A stretch of 64,000 nt of DNA from Bacteroidaceae bacterium (GTDB lineage: Bacteria; Bacteroidota; Bacteroidia; Bacteroidales; Bacteroidaceae). The stretch covers positions 24,187 to 88,186 of the forward strand of contig JAGCNZ010000096.1 in the NCBI GenBank assembly GCA_017645655.1, in the 5' to 3' direction. Positions 1 to 8,423 of this stretch are shown here, in pieces. The position numbers and the translations under genes were made by a program. Positions within the stretch are counted from its first letter, which is position 1. Every line of letters starts with the position of its first letter. The notes beneath the pieces were generated by a model. The model worked only from the letters and a program-made list of their open reading frames with translations, had not been told where the DNA came from and did not search any database.

Positions 1-34
1 GGCTTCTTCGAGTAAGAAGGGAAAGAAATAGACT

Positions 35-135
35 CCTACGTGAGACGATTCCAAACGACCCACGCCTAAATTCCAAACGACCCACGTGAAGTTTGTCATT
101 TTAACGTGTGAAAATTGTCAACTTCACGTGTGATG
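35..135. repeat. CACGTG-core phased repeat array, locus A1 (may continue left of the window)
   Basis: Cores TACGTG 37-42, CACGCC 61-66, CACGTG 83-88, AACGTG 103-108, CACGTG 125-130. Spacing 24/22/20/22 bp. The string attccaaacgacccacg is duplicated 22 bp apart. Confidence 0.7.
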
Positions 136-139
136 TTAT

Positions 140-1678
140 CTACAACTCCAGGGGAAGACTCTCGTTGCCGTAGCGGTCGAGGGCTGTGATGGCGAGGTGA
201 TAATTGTGGTAATAAGCGCCGAGCAGGCTGTAGGTGTAGCTTGTGTCGTAGGTCACTCTGACAATGTTTCGGGGATTGCTCGTGTCAACCGGCTGCTTCC
301 GGCTGGCATAAATCACAAACCTGCAATCCTCCGTCTCTGTCTTCCACTCGATTTTCTCGTTGATGCCGCCAACTCTTTCCCTCGACACAAGGTGCGGTTT
401 CTCAGGTTTCGAAGTGCTTTGCCAGGTCATGGGGGGCAGCAGGGCAGGGTAGGGATAGAAGGTCTTCTCGAGATAATCGTAGATGCCTTTGGTGTTGTCA
501 GTCAGGAACTGGCTGCGGAAGTAAGCCTGTCCGCCCAGCCCCATCTGGCGGAGGTAACAGAGCTCGCGCTGGATGATGCCCCAATTCCAGTCCTTCTCTT
601 TCGGATGCAGGAAGTAGATGCCGAGCCCGGGGGCAACCGTGCGACCATAGTCGTGCTCCTGCCAATCGACTGCAAACGGGTAGAAGTGGTCGCCCTGGAA
701 GTACATCATCGGCAACAACATGTCCATGATGCCCTCGCGGAGCCAGCCCTGAGCATCCTGATAAACTGCTCCAAGTGCCGACCAGCCCTTTGCCGAATAG
801 CGACTCAGGTCGTTGTATTTGCCTACGGGAGAGCAACTTATGCGCACCCACGGCTTGATGTCTTTCATGGCTTCATAGGCGTCGCGAACCATTCTGGTGA
901 TGTTGCCTTCTCGCCATGACCGCTTGTCCTGCCCTTTTCCATACTTCTTGTAGGTCGCCGCATCAGCAAAACTCTGGGCATTCTCCGGGTAGCGGATGTA
1001 GTCGAAGTGTATGCCATCGACATCGTAACCCTTCACAATCTCTTGGCACAACTTTGTGAGATAGGCGGAAGAACCAGGCAAACCAGGGTCGAGATAGTAT
1101 TGGTCTCCATGCTTTTTCAGCAGTTCGGGATGTGTCTTGAGCAGGCTTCTCTTGCCCATCTTCTTGGCATTCTCTATCTTGAAGGCAGGCACGGTGACAA
1201 TCCAGGCATGGAGTTCCATCCCGCGTTTATGGGTTTCTTCGATGGCGAAGGCAAGGGGGTCGTAGCCTGGGTCGCGGTCGAAAGTGCCAGTCAGGCAGAC
1301 ATCCCATGGCTCTATCTTGCTCGGGTAGATGACCGAGCCGCGAACCCTTGTCTGCAGAACCACGGTATTGATGCGGCAAGCCTGCAGCTGGTCGAGAATC
1401 TCGCAGAGTTCTTCCTTTTGTGCTTCCCTGGTTGCCAGATTTGTTGCCCTCGTCTTCGGCCAGTCAAGGCCCATGATTGTGGTCAGCCAAACCGCTCTGA
1501 CCTCGTGCTTGGGGGAGGGGGGAGAATATAGATAGGGCAGTTCCTCTCCGTCTTCCTTCAAGGGGGAAGTGACAGTTTTCGGAAGGTAGTCGCTTTTCTT
1601 ATGTTGGTTTTGAGCCTCAGTTTCTGTGCAGAAAAGAGCCCCAACGACACTTAATATTATATAAAATGTGTATTTCAC
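140..1678 (-). CDS. Secreted glycosyl-hydrolase-like family 10 (GHL10/UPF0748, YngK-like) protein
   Basis: 512-aa ORF with an N-terminal signal peptide (KYTFYIILSVVGALFCTETEAQ). The motifs YYLDPGLPG and GIHFDYIRYPE are typical of the GHL10 TIM-barrel family. The start codon at 1678 is GTG and no in-frame ATG lies nearby. Confidence 0.7.
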   Translation of the reverse strand: MKYTFYIILSVVGALFCTETEAQNQHKKSDYLPKTVTSPLKEDGEELPYLYSPPSPKHEVRAVWLTTIMGLDWPKTRATNLATREAQKEELCEILDQLQACRINTVVLQTRVRGSVIYPSKIEPWDVCLTGTFDRDPGYDPLAFAIEETHKRGMELHAWIVTVPAFKIENAKKMGKRSLLKTHPELLKKHGDQYYLDPGLPGSSAYLTKLCQEIVKGYDVDGIHFDYIRYPENAQSFADAATYKKYGKGQDKRSWREGNITRMVRDAYEAMKDIKPWVRISCSPVGKYNDLSRYSAKGWSALGAVYQDAQGWLREGIMDMLLPMMYFQGDHFYPFAVDWQEHDYGRTVAPGLGIYFLHPKEKDWNWGIIQRELCYLRQMGLGGQAYFRSQFLTDNTKGIYDYLEKTFYPYPALLPPMTWQSTSKPEKPHLVSRERVGGINEKIEWKTETEDCRFVIYASRKQPVDTSNPRNIVRVTYDTSYTYSLLGAYYHNYHLAITALDRYGNESLPLEL

Positions 1679-1712
1679 GGCACAAAGATAAGGTTTTTTC
1701 GTGGAATTTTTA

Positions 1713-1720
1713 TATCTTTG
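1713..1720 (+). promoter_or_regulatory. Bacteroidota -7 box (TAnnTTTG) upstream of cstA-1
   Basis: TATCTTTG lies 31 nt upstream of the ATG at 1751. Confidence 0.45.
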
Positions 1721-1750
1721 TGGCGATAAATATCGAAAAAGAAGTTCTGC

Positions 1751-3241
1751 ATGTTCACATTTTGTATTGCGTTAGCTCTCTTGGTGCTCGGATACTTCAT
1801 CTACGGCACATTCGTTGAGAAAGTGTTCGGTGTTGACCCGAACCGCAAGACGCCTTGCTACACGAAGCAAGACGGAGCCGACTACATCCCGATGCCAACC
1901 TGGAAAGTTTACACGGTTCAGTTCCTCAACATCGCTGGCACAGGCCCCATCTTCGGAGCCATGATGGGTGTTCTCTATGGTCCTGCCGCCTTCCTTTGGA
2001 TTGTCTTCGGCTGCATTTTGGGCGGTGCCATGCACGACTATATGGCGGGCATGATAAGCATCAGGCGAGACGGAATGGGCTTGCCCGAGATAATTGGCGA
2101 CGAGCTGGGCAGCGTTTGCCGACTGGTGATGCGAGTTGTGACGCTTGTCCTGATGATTTGTGTGGGCGCAAGCTTCGTGCTGATTCCCGCAGGACTGATG
2201 GAGCAGTTGACGCTGAGGCTGTTCGATGTCGCCGATACCTACCTGATTTGGACGGTTCTCATCCTTGTTTTCTACCTCGCCGTGACGGTCTTTTCCATCA
2301 GTAAAGTCATAGGAAACATCTATCCCATATTCGGCGCAGCACTGCTCATCATGGCTGTCCTCATCGGCTTCGGCATCTTTACCCACGAAGGCAACATCCC
2401 CGACTTTGCCGAAGCCTTCAGCGACCATTATCCAGTCAGCTATACGCCTCTTTTCCCTGGACTCTTCATCACGATAGCCTGCGGAGCCGTCAGTGGCTTC
2501 CATGCCACGCAGAGTCCCATGATGGCGCGTTGTATCAAGAACGAGAAATACGGCCTTCGCTGCTTCTACGGCGCTATGGTAACAGAGGGTGTGGTTGCCC
2601 TTATTTGGGCTGCAGCCGCGATGAAGTTCGTCGATATGCTCGATATAGCGGGTGCCACGCCTTATGAGAAACTCTACAATGCCATGACAGCTTGCGGGAC
2701 AGTCAAGATGAACCCAGGCATTTTGGTTGAGCGAATGTGTAACGACTGGTTAGGTAATGCGGGACTTGTGCTCGCCGTGCTTGGCATCGTGGCAGCCCCG
2801 ATGAGTACGGGCGGCAGCGCTTTCCGGGCAGCACGAATGATTATCGCCGACTTCAGCCACTATGACCAGAAGCCTCTTCTGAAGCGTCTCATCCTCACAG
2901 CCCCTTTGTTTGCTGTTGCCATCGCCATGTTGAACGTCAGCAGCTTCAAGGTCTTGTGGCTCTATGTCTCGTGGTTCAACCAAGTTTTGGCGACCTTCAC
3001 CTTCTTCACAATCGCGCATTTCTTGAAACATCGGACAGACGGAAAAGGCATCCTGCCAAGTTCTTCCTGGCTGATAGCCTACTTCCCCGCAGTCTTCATG
3101 TGTGCCGTGAGCGCCTGCTTCATCTTGATAGACAAAGAGAACGGCTTCGGCCTTGACACCACTTGGGGATATTGGATAGGTGGAATCTTTACCGCCATCG
3201 TAGCCCTTTGGTTTGTGATAAAGAACCTAAATCGTAAATAA
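1751..3241 (+). CDS. cstA: Carbon starvation protein A family transporter, paralog 1
   Basis: 496-aa polytopic membrane protein. The N-terminal stretch YIPMPTWKVYTVQFLNIAGTGPIFGAMMGVLYGP...HDYMAGMISIRRDG is characteristic of CstA. Confidence 0.85.
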   Translation: MFTFCIALALLVLGYFIYGTFVEKVFGVDPNRKTPCYTKQDGADYIPMPTWKVYTVQFLNIAGTGPIFGAMMGVLYGPAAFLWIVFGCILGGAMHDYMAGMISIRRDGMGLPEIIGDELGSVCRLVMRVVTLVLMICVGASFVLIPAGLMEQLTLRLFDVADTYLIWTVLILVFYLAVTVFSISKVIGNIYPIFGAALLIMAVLIGFGIFTHEGNIPDFAEAFSDHYPVSYTPLFPGLFITIACGAVSGFHATQSPMMARCIKNEKYGLRCFYGAMVTEGVVALIWAAAAMKFVDMLDIAGATPYEKLYNAMTACGTVKMNPGILVERMCNDWLGNAGLVLAVLGIVAAPMSTGGSAFRAARMIIADFSHYDQKPLLKRLILTAPLFAVAIAMLNVSSFKVLWLYVSWFNQVLATFTFFTIAHFLKHRTDGKGILPSSSWLIAYFPAVFMCAVSACFILIDKENGFGLDTTWGYWIGGIFTAIVALWFVIKNLNRK

Positions 3242-3278
3242 ATAGTAAATAGTAAATCGTCAAATCGTAAATAAATAG

Positions 3279-4718
3279 ATGATAACTTTTAGTGTCTCTC
3301 TTGTTTGCCTGCTCTTAGGCTATTTGATTTACGGCACAATTGTTGAGCGAGTCGTTCGTCCGAGTGCTTCGACACAGATGCCCTGCTACACCAAGCGTGA
3401 TGGTGTCGACTTCATCCCGATGCCAGCATGGCGCGTCTTCCTCATTCAGTTCCTCAACATCGCAGGCACCGGTCCCATCTTCGGAGCCATCATGGGCATT
3501 CTATATGGACCTGCCGCATACCTTTGGATAGTCTTTGGATGCATCTTCGCAGGAGCAGTTCACGACTATCTTTGTGGCATGATATGTATCAGGCAAGGAG
3601 GCGTCTCATTGCCCGAGATAATCGGCAACGAGTTGGGCGACGGCATGCGAATCGTGATGCGCGTCGGAGCCCTTGTACTGCTCGTCCTTGTCGGCGCAGT
3701 CTTCGTTACCACACCTGCCGCCCTGCTCGACAACATGACTCCTGATAGAGGCTGGCTCTTCTCGAGTGGATTCTGGCTGACCGTCATCTTCCTCTACTTC
3801 ATCCTTGCCACCCTCTTGCCCATCGACAAACTCATCGGCCGCGTCTATCCCCTCTTCGGACTCGCATTGCTTGTGATGGCACTCGGCATCTGCTGGGGAA
3901 TTTATACGAAAGAAGGCTGGATGCCCGAGATTACAGATGCACCTTTCATCTCACATCACCCGAAAGGCCTGCCCATCTTCCCATTGCTTTGCATCACCAT
4001 CGCATGCGGAGCAATCAGCGGCTTCCACGGCACCCAGAGCCCTCTCATGGCTCGCTGTCTCACCAGCGAACGCCTCGGACGCCCCGTCTTCTACGGAGCC
4101 ATGATAACCGAGGGAGTCGTGGCGCTCATCTGGGCAGCCGCAGCCATCAAGTTCGCCAGCACGCTCCCCGGAGAAGAAGGAGCCACAGCCTACCAGAAGC
4201 TCGCAGCCCTCGGCAATCCTGCTATCGTGGTGAAGGAGATTAGTGTAGGTTGGATGGGAGCCATCGGAGCTGTTCTTGCCATACTCGGCGTAGTGGCAGC
4301 GCCCATCACGAGTGGCGACACAGCATTCCGCAGCGCCCGACTCATCGCAGCCGACTTCCTCCGCATCAGCCAGAAAAGCATCTGGAAGCGCCTCATGCTC
4401 TGCCTGCCGCTCTTTGTCATCACGACAGGCCTCTTCTTCATCGACTTCGGTGCATTATGGCGCTACTTTGCCTGGACCAACCAAACCCTCGCCTGCATCA
4501 TGCTATGGGCAGCAGCCGTTTGGCTCGCCAAGCAGAAAAAGTTCTATTGGATAGCGTTTCTGCCAGCTCTCTTCATGACGGTCGTGAGCGTCAGCTACAT
4601 CCTCACCAGTCCCGAAGGCTTCCGCCTCTCGCTCCAGATAGGGCTCACAGCCGGCTTCGCCATGATGGTCCTGCTGGCAATAATCTATAGGAAATTCCTT
4701 AATTCTTTAACCAAATAA
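3279..4718 (+). CDS. cstA: Carbon starvation protein A family transporter, paralog 2 (tandem)
   Basis: 479 aa and collinear with the upstream paralog. It shares the FLNIAGTGPIFGA, HDY..GM and CGA(V/I)SGFH(A/G)TQSP(M/L)MARC blocks. Confidence 0.85.
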   Translation: MITFSVSLVCLLLGYLIYGTIVERVVRPSASTQMPCYTKRDGVDFIPMPAWRVFLIQFLNIAGTGPIFGAIMGILYGPAAYLWIVFGCIFAGAVHDYLCGMICIRQGGVSLPEIIGNELGDGMRIVMRVGALVLLVLVGAVFVTTPAALLDNMTPDRGWLFSSGFWLTVIFLYFILATLLPIDKLIGRVYPLFGLALLVMALGICWGIYTKEGWMPEITDAPFISHHPKGLPIFPLLCITIACGAISGFHGTQSPLMARCLTSERLGRPVFYGAMITEGVVALIWAAAAIKFASTLPGEEGATAYQKLAALGNPAIVVKEISVGWMGAIGAVLAILGVVAAPITSGDTAFRSARLIAADFLRISQKSIWKRLMLCLPLFVITTGLFFIDFGALWRYFAWTNQTLACIMLWAAAVWLAKQKKFYWIAFLPALFMTVVSVSYILTSPEGFRLSLQIGLTAGFAMMVLLAIIYRKFLNSLTK

Positions 4719-4730
4719 ATAACAAACATT

Positions 4731-5213
4731 ATGAAAAAAATCATTCTTTCTCTGCTTCTCGCAGTCGTATCAACAGGAGCATTCGCACAGTTCGAAAAAG
4801 GCACAAAGTACGTAGGCGCCAACCTGCAGGGCACAGGCCTGGGCATGGGCTACAGCAAGAGCACCGACTTCTTCATCGGTCTGCAGGCCAATGCAGGCTA
4901 TTTCATTGCCGACAGCTGGATGTTGCTCGGCGAGTTCGGCTGGAACCACCAGAACGGCAACAGCAGCGTAGGGCTCGGCGCAGGTGCCCGCTACTACATG
5001 AAGCAGAACGGACTCTACTTCGCAGGGCTGCTGAAGTACAAGCACATCCCCTCGAACATCAACAACGTCTACCTCAGCCCCGAAGTCGGCTACTGCTTCT
5101 ACCTGAACGACCACATCAGCATCGAACCCGCAGTCTATGTCGACATGTGCCTGAACCACTTCAAGGACTTCACCCAAGTCGGCCTGAAAATAGGATTCGG
5201 ATACTACTTCTAA
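4731..5213 (+). CDS. Small outer-membrane beta-barrel protein (OMP_b-brl/OmpW-like)
   Basis: 160 aa with signal peptide ending AFAQ. It has alternating aromatic/Gly beta-strand patterns and a C-terminal GFGYYF ending in Phe. Confidence 0.6.
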   Translation: MKKIILSLLLAVVSTGAFAQFEKGTKYVGANLQGTGLGMGYSKSTDFFIGLQANAGYFIADSWMLLGEFGWNHQNGNSSVGLGAGARYYMKQNGLYFAGLLKYKHIPSNINNVYLSPEVGYCFYLNDHISIEPAVYVDMCLNHFKDFTQVGLKIGFGYYF

Positions 5214-5232
5214 TTGGTGAAAGAGTGAAAAG

Positions 5233-5267
5233 AAAGAGGCGGGCATTGCTGCTCGCCTCTTTGTTTT
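5233..5267 (+). terminator. Rho-independent terminator after the OMP gene
   Basis: A 9-bp stem (aaagaggcg / cgcctcttt) is followed by ttgtttt. Confidence 0.6.
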
Positions 5268-5391
5268 AATAGTTTAGAGTTGATGGTTTAGTGTTTAGTG
5301 TCAGTTTAATAGTTTAGAGTTTAATAAGAACTTTCAACTATCGACTTCAATACTGTCTCTAAACTCTACACTCTAAACTCTCAACTTTCGT

Positions 5392-6435
5392 CTAGTTATT
5401 CTCCGGCCTCAGTTTTCTTACTGTCTCAGCTGTTCTCCACATCTCCGAGTCGTGCAGGGCTGCCAGTTCTTTCTCGAGGCCTACGCGGTAGTCGGGCTTC
5501 GAGTTGGCATCGATGCTGATCTGCGCTTCGTTGCCGCTCTTTACGCTTGCGTAGAGCTGTTCTACGACAGGCTTGATGGCGTCGTGGAAGCGTGGGAACC
5601 AGTCGAGGGCACCACGCTGTGCTGTAGTGGAGCAGTTGGCGTACATCCAGTCCATTCCCTTCTGGGCGAAGAGAGGCATGAGGCTCTGTGTGAGCTCTTC
5701 GACGGTCTCGTTGAATGCTTCGCTGGGCGTGTGTCCGTTCTCGCGGAGCACTTCGTACTGTGCCAGGAGCAAGCCTTGGATGGCGCCCATCAGGGAGCCG
5801 CGTTCGCCGGTGAGGTCGCTGGTTGCTTCGCGCTGGAAGGTGGTCTCGAAGAGGTAGCCTGAGCCGATGCCGATGCCGAGGGCAAGCGTGCGGTCCAGGG
5901 CGCGACCGGTTGCGTCGTTGTAGACTGCATAGGAGCTGTTCAGGCCGCGACCTTCGAGGAACATGGTGCGCAGGCTTGTGCCGCTCCCTTTCGGTGCTAC
6001 CATGATGACGTCGATGTCCTTGGAGGGCACGCAACCAGTGCGGTCGTTCCATGTGATGGCGAAGCCGTGGGAGAAGTAGAGTGCCTTGCCGGGCGTGAGG
6101 TACTTTTGGAGTGTGGGCCATACGCTCATGACGGCTGCATCGGAAAGCAGACACATTACGATGGTGCCCTTGTCGGCAGCCTCTTCAATGGAGAAGAGTG
6201 TCTCTCCGGGCACCCATCCGTCGGCAATTGCTTTCTCGAATGTCTTGCCCTGGCGCTGACCAACGATGACGTTGAAGCCATTGTCGCGCAGGTTGCAAGC
6301 CTGGCCAGGACCTTGTACGCCGTAACCGATGACGGCGATAGTCTCGTCCTTCAGAATCTCACGAGCTTTCTCCAGAGGGAACTCTTCGCGTGTCATAACT
6401 TCTTCGATGACACCGCCAAAATTCATTTTTGCCAT
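5392..6435 (-). CDS. ilvC: Ketol-acid reductoisomerase
   Basis: 347 aa. Rossmann motif IAVIGYGVQGPGQACNLRDNG plus a KARI C-terminal knotted domain (LMPLFAQKGMDWMYANCSTTAQRGALDW). Confidence 0.95.
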   Translation of the reverse strand: MAKMNFGGVIEEVMTREEFPLEKAREILKDETIAVIGYGVQGPGQACNLRDNGFNVIVGQRQGKTFEKAIADGWVPGETLFSIEEAADKGTIVMCLLSDAAVMSVWPTLQKYLTPGKALYFSHGFAITWNDRTGCVPSKDIDVIMVAPKGSGTSLRTMFLEGRGLNSSYAVYNDATGRALDRTLALGIGIGSGYLFETTFQREATSDLTGERGSLMGAIQGLLLAQYEVLRENGHTPSEAFNETVEELTQSLMPLFAQKGMDWMYANCSTTAQRGALDWFPRFHDAIKPVVEQLYASVKSGNEAQISIDANSKPDYRVGLEKELAALHDSEMWRTAETVRKLRPENN

Positions 6436-6502
6436 AGTCTAGTAGATTTATTGTTGTTGAAATTGTACTTTCTTTTTGTCGTGTTATCCGTTAAATCGCG
6501 TG

Positions 6503-6510
6503 CAAAGATA
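6503..6510 (-). promoter_or_regulatory. -7 box (TATCTTTG on the minus strand) upstream of ilvC
   Basis: The plus strand reads caaagata, 68 nt upstream of the ilvC ATG (6435). Confidence 0.45.
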
Positions 6511-6644
6511 CAACAAAAAATTGAAAGTCCGTTGCTTTTTGCCTAAAAATATAATCCCAAATGCTAGTGTGGAGGAAACAGCCCCTGATTCTCTTGGATA
6601 CTTCTTCAGTATAAAGTTCGGTTCATAGCGGCCGCCGTGAACTT

Positions 6645-6830
6645 TTTTGGCGGGCGCTACGAAATCTTTTGGCGGGCGCTACGAAATCTTTTGGCGGGCG
6701 CTAAAAATACACGAGGCACGTTAAGTCTCCCCACGAGACACGTTGGAATGCCCATCGCAACACGTTATGTTGCCAAACTAAACGTGCTAAGTTTACAAGT
6801 CTGCCGTGTTAAGTTCTTGCTCCTCACGGG
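6645..6830. repeat. Phased 22-bp repeat array, locus A2 (degenerate CACGTT/AACGTG cores plus a perfect 22-bp triplication)
   Basis: ttttggcgggcgctacgaaatc occurs at 6645-6666 and 6667-6688, with a partial copy at 6689-6703. It is followed by CACGTT 6717, CACGTT 6739, CACGTT 6761, AACGTG 6781, GCCGTG 6803 and CACGGG 6825. The CG dinucleotides are spaced 22/22/20/22/22. Confidence 0.7.
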
Positions 6831-7116
6831 CTGGATACTTTCGATGGAACCAGTATAATCCGTAGGACAAGGCAAGGAGACTTACTATGATAATAGCTGA
6901 TTGGGGGATGTTGCCCAGCCCGTCGAAGCTTTCCTCGACGCTGTCGGGCAAGAGGAGCGCGGCGGAGTTGATTGCGACATGAGCCACGATGCCTGGAATC
7001 AGGCTCTTTGTTCGCCAACACAGCCAGCCAAGCATTATGCCATAAAGCGTGCCGAAAACCATTTGGTCGGGGTTCATGTGAATCGCTCCAAAGATGAGTG
7101 CCTGACGACTCATCAC
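6793..7116 (-). pseudogene. N-terminally truncated CPBP (CAAX) intramembrane protease remnant
   Basis: The 107-aa ORF keeps CPBP motif 2 (FGAIH) and motif 3 (HVAIN) but lacks the EExxxR motif 1 and the upstream TM helices. Its 5' end abuts the AT-rich island and its 3' end runs into array A2. Confidence 0.5.
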
Positions 7117-7586
7117 CCACTCATCACCCTTGTATTCTGCTGGTATTCATTGTCTTATATAGGCTCGGTGACGAGTGACGAGTGTTTTTGATTTCAATTT
7201 CAGCATTTTTCTTGGACTTTTCTTTGTAGGTATTGCTTTTTTTTCGTATTTTTGCAGCAGACTCGAATAGCTCGAAAGGGTGGCGGGTCGAAATCTTAGT
7301 GGAAAAAGGACGTTTACGAACGTTATCTTCGGTGTCCAAATCTCGCAAATTTGCATATCACCTAGAAGATGCGCAACCGAAACGTCCACATTGGGTGTAT
7401 TGTACCCTGTTCTTTATTTGAATGGTGTCAATATATCTCGGCGTGGGCTATCTCGAGTTGCTTATCCTAGGTGAGGGCAATGCGAGAGCCTGGACGCGGG
7501 ATAAGCTAAGTAGAGCACCCACGTCTTTCCATTTAACAACATTAACCGCTGAATCTGGTGTGCTATAGGCAGAAGGAACAACGCGT

Positions 7587-7943
7587 ATGGCAGATAAAAT
7601 AGTTGGAGAGCCAGATAGGCCTTTTGTTAAGGGTTCATCTAAACCAAAGGAAGAAGAAGTGCTAGAGACAAAACTTCGCTCAATGATTACTTCCAATCTT
7701 ATATTTAAAGAAGGAAATAACGTTTTGAATGTTGTAGATATTAAACTAAAAGAATATTTAAAGCATAAACGTATAGATGGTCCGCGTGGAGATTATAATT
7801 ATGAGTTTGAAGGGGATGCTGATATTGGCATTAAAGTTCCCAATGGTGTTTCTTATACCCTTCATAGTTTTAGAGGTTACTTCCTGTCGGATGACGAAAA
7901 AGAAATCAACTCGTTGTTTGATGAAATCCAAATAACAAAATAG
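7587..7943 (+). CDS. Hypothetical protein, upstream partner of the HEPN-like ORF
   Basis: 118-aa ORF with an ATG start. Its stop lies 3 nt before the next ATG. I recognise no family. Confidence 0.4.
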   Translation: MADKIVGEPDRPFVKGSSKPKEEEVLETKLRSMITSNLIFKEGNNVLNVVDIKLKEYLKHKRIDGPRGDYNYEFEGDADIGIKVPNGVSYTLHSFRGYFLSDDEKEINSLFDEIQITK

Positions 7944-7946
7944 ATA

Positions 7947-8417
7947 ATGGCAAAAGTTATTAGACCCAAACGTTCGGCAACATGTATCTTTGATGAAAAG
8001 GATGTTTATTCCTTTTATGAAAACATATTGCTTGTTTGCGAAAGCGATAGAGTGGCATATGGTGATGAGAAAATATTGACTGCTGCTGCAAAGAAAATAA
8101 ATGCAAGCACGCCATTTGGCTTCGTTTATAAAAACTATGAGGTTAAGATGCAAAATCCTGTAGACAATGTGTTCTATTTTTCTGCTAATGCTGCCAAACA
8201 AAGTTCAACAAGACATACTATGATTGTAAAGAAATGGTATAAACATTTGAGAAATGCTTTTGCACACAACTACATTCGTTTAGACAATGGAGCATATGTG
8301 TTTGAAGATTTTTATGATGACACGGGCTCTCCGCTGCAACAAGTCTTATATGCAAAAATAGTAAATCTTGATGATTTCAAAAGGTTGATAACAGAAGTTA
8401 AAGCTAATTTAAAATAA
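7947..8417 (+). CDS. Small HEPN-like protein (R-x4-H motif)
   Basis: 156 aa. WYKHLRNAFAHNYI (codons at 8250-8267 give R102 and H107) matches the hRNxxAH signature of Abi2/AbiD-type HEPN domains. The family assignment rests on this motif only. Confidence 0.45.
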   Translation: MAKVIRPKRSATCIFDEKDVYSFYENILLVCESDRVAYGDEKILTAAAKKINASTPFGFVYKNYEVKMQNPVDNVFYFSANAAKQSSTRHTMIVKKWYKHLRNAFAHNYIRLDNGAYVFEDFYDDTGSPLQQVLYAKIVNLDDFKRLITEVKANLK

Positions 8418-8423
8418 GAAGCA

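Noticed and set aside
1683-1690. TATCTTTG on the minus strand as the promoter of the GHL10 gene.
   Set aside because: The box ends only 5 nt from the GTG start (1678). That would require a leaderless GTG-initiated mRNA, which is unlikely. The same bases may simply be part of the divergent AT-rich promoter region for cstA.
7261-7300. A tRNA-like fragment (gggtggcgggtcgaaatc) as a possible island attachment site.
   Set aside because: It only resembles a T-arm loosely. I could assemble no acceptor or anticodon stems, and I found no matching direct repeat at the other island end.
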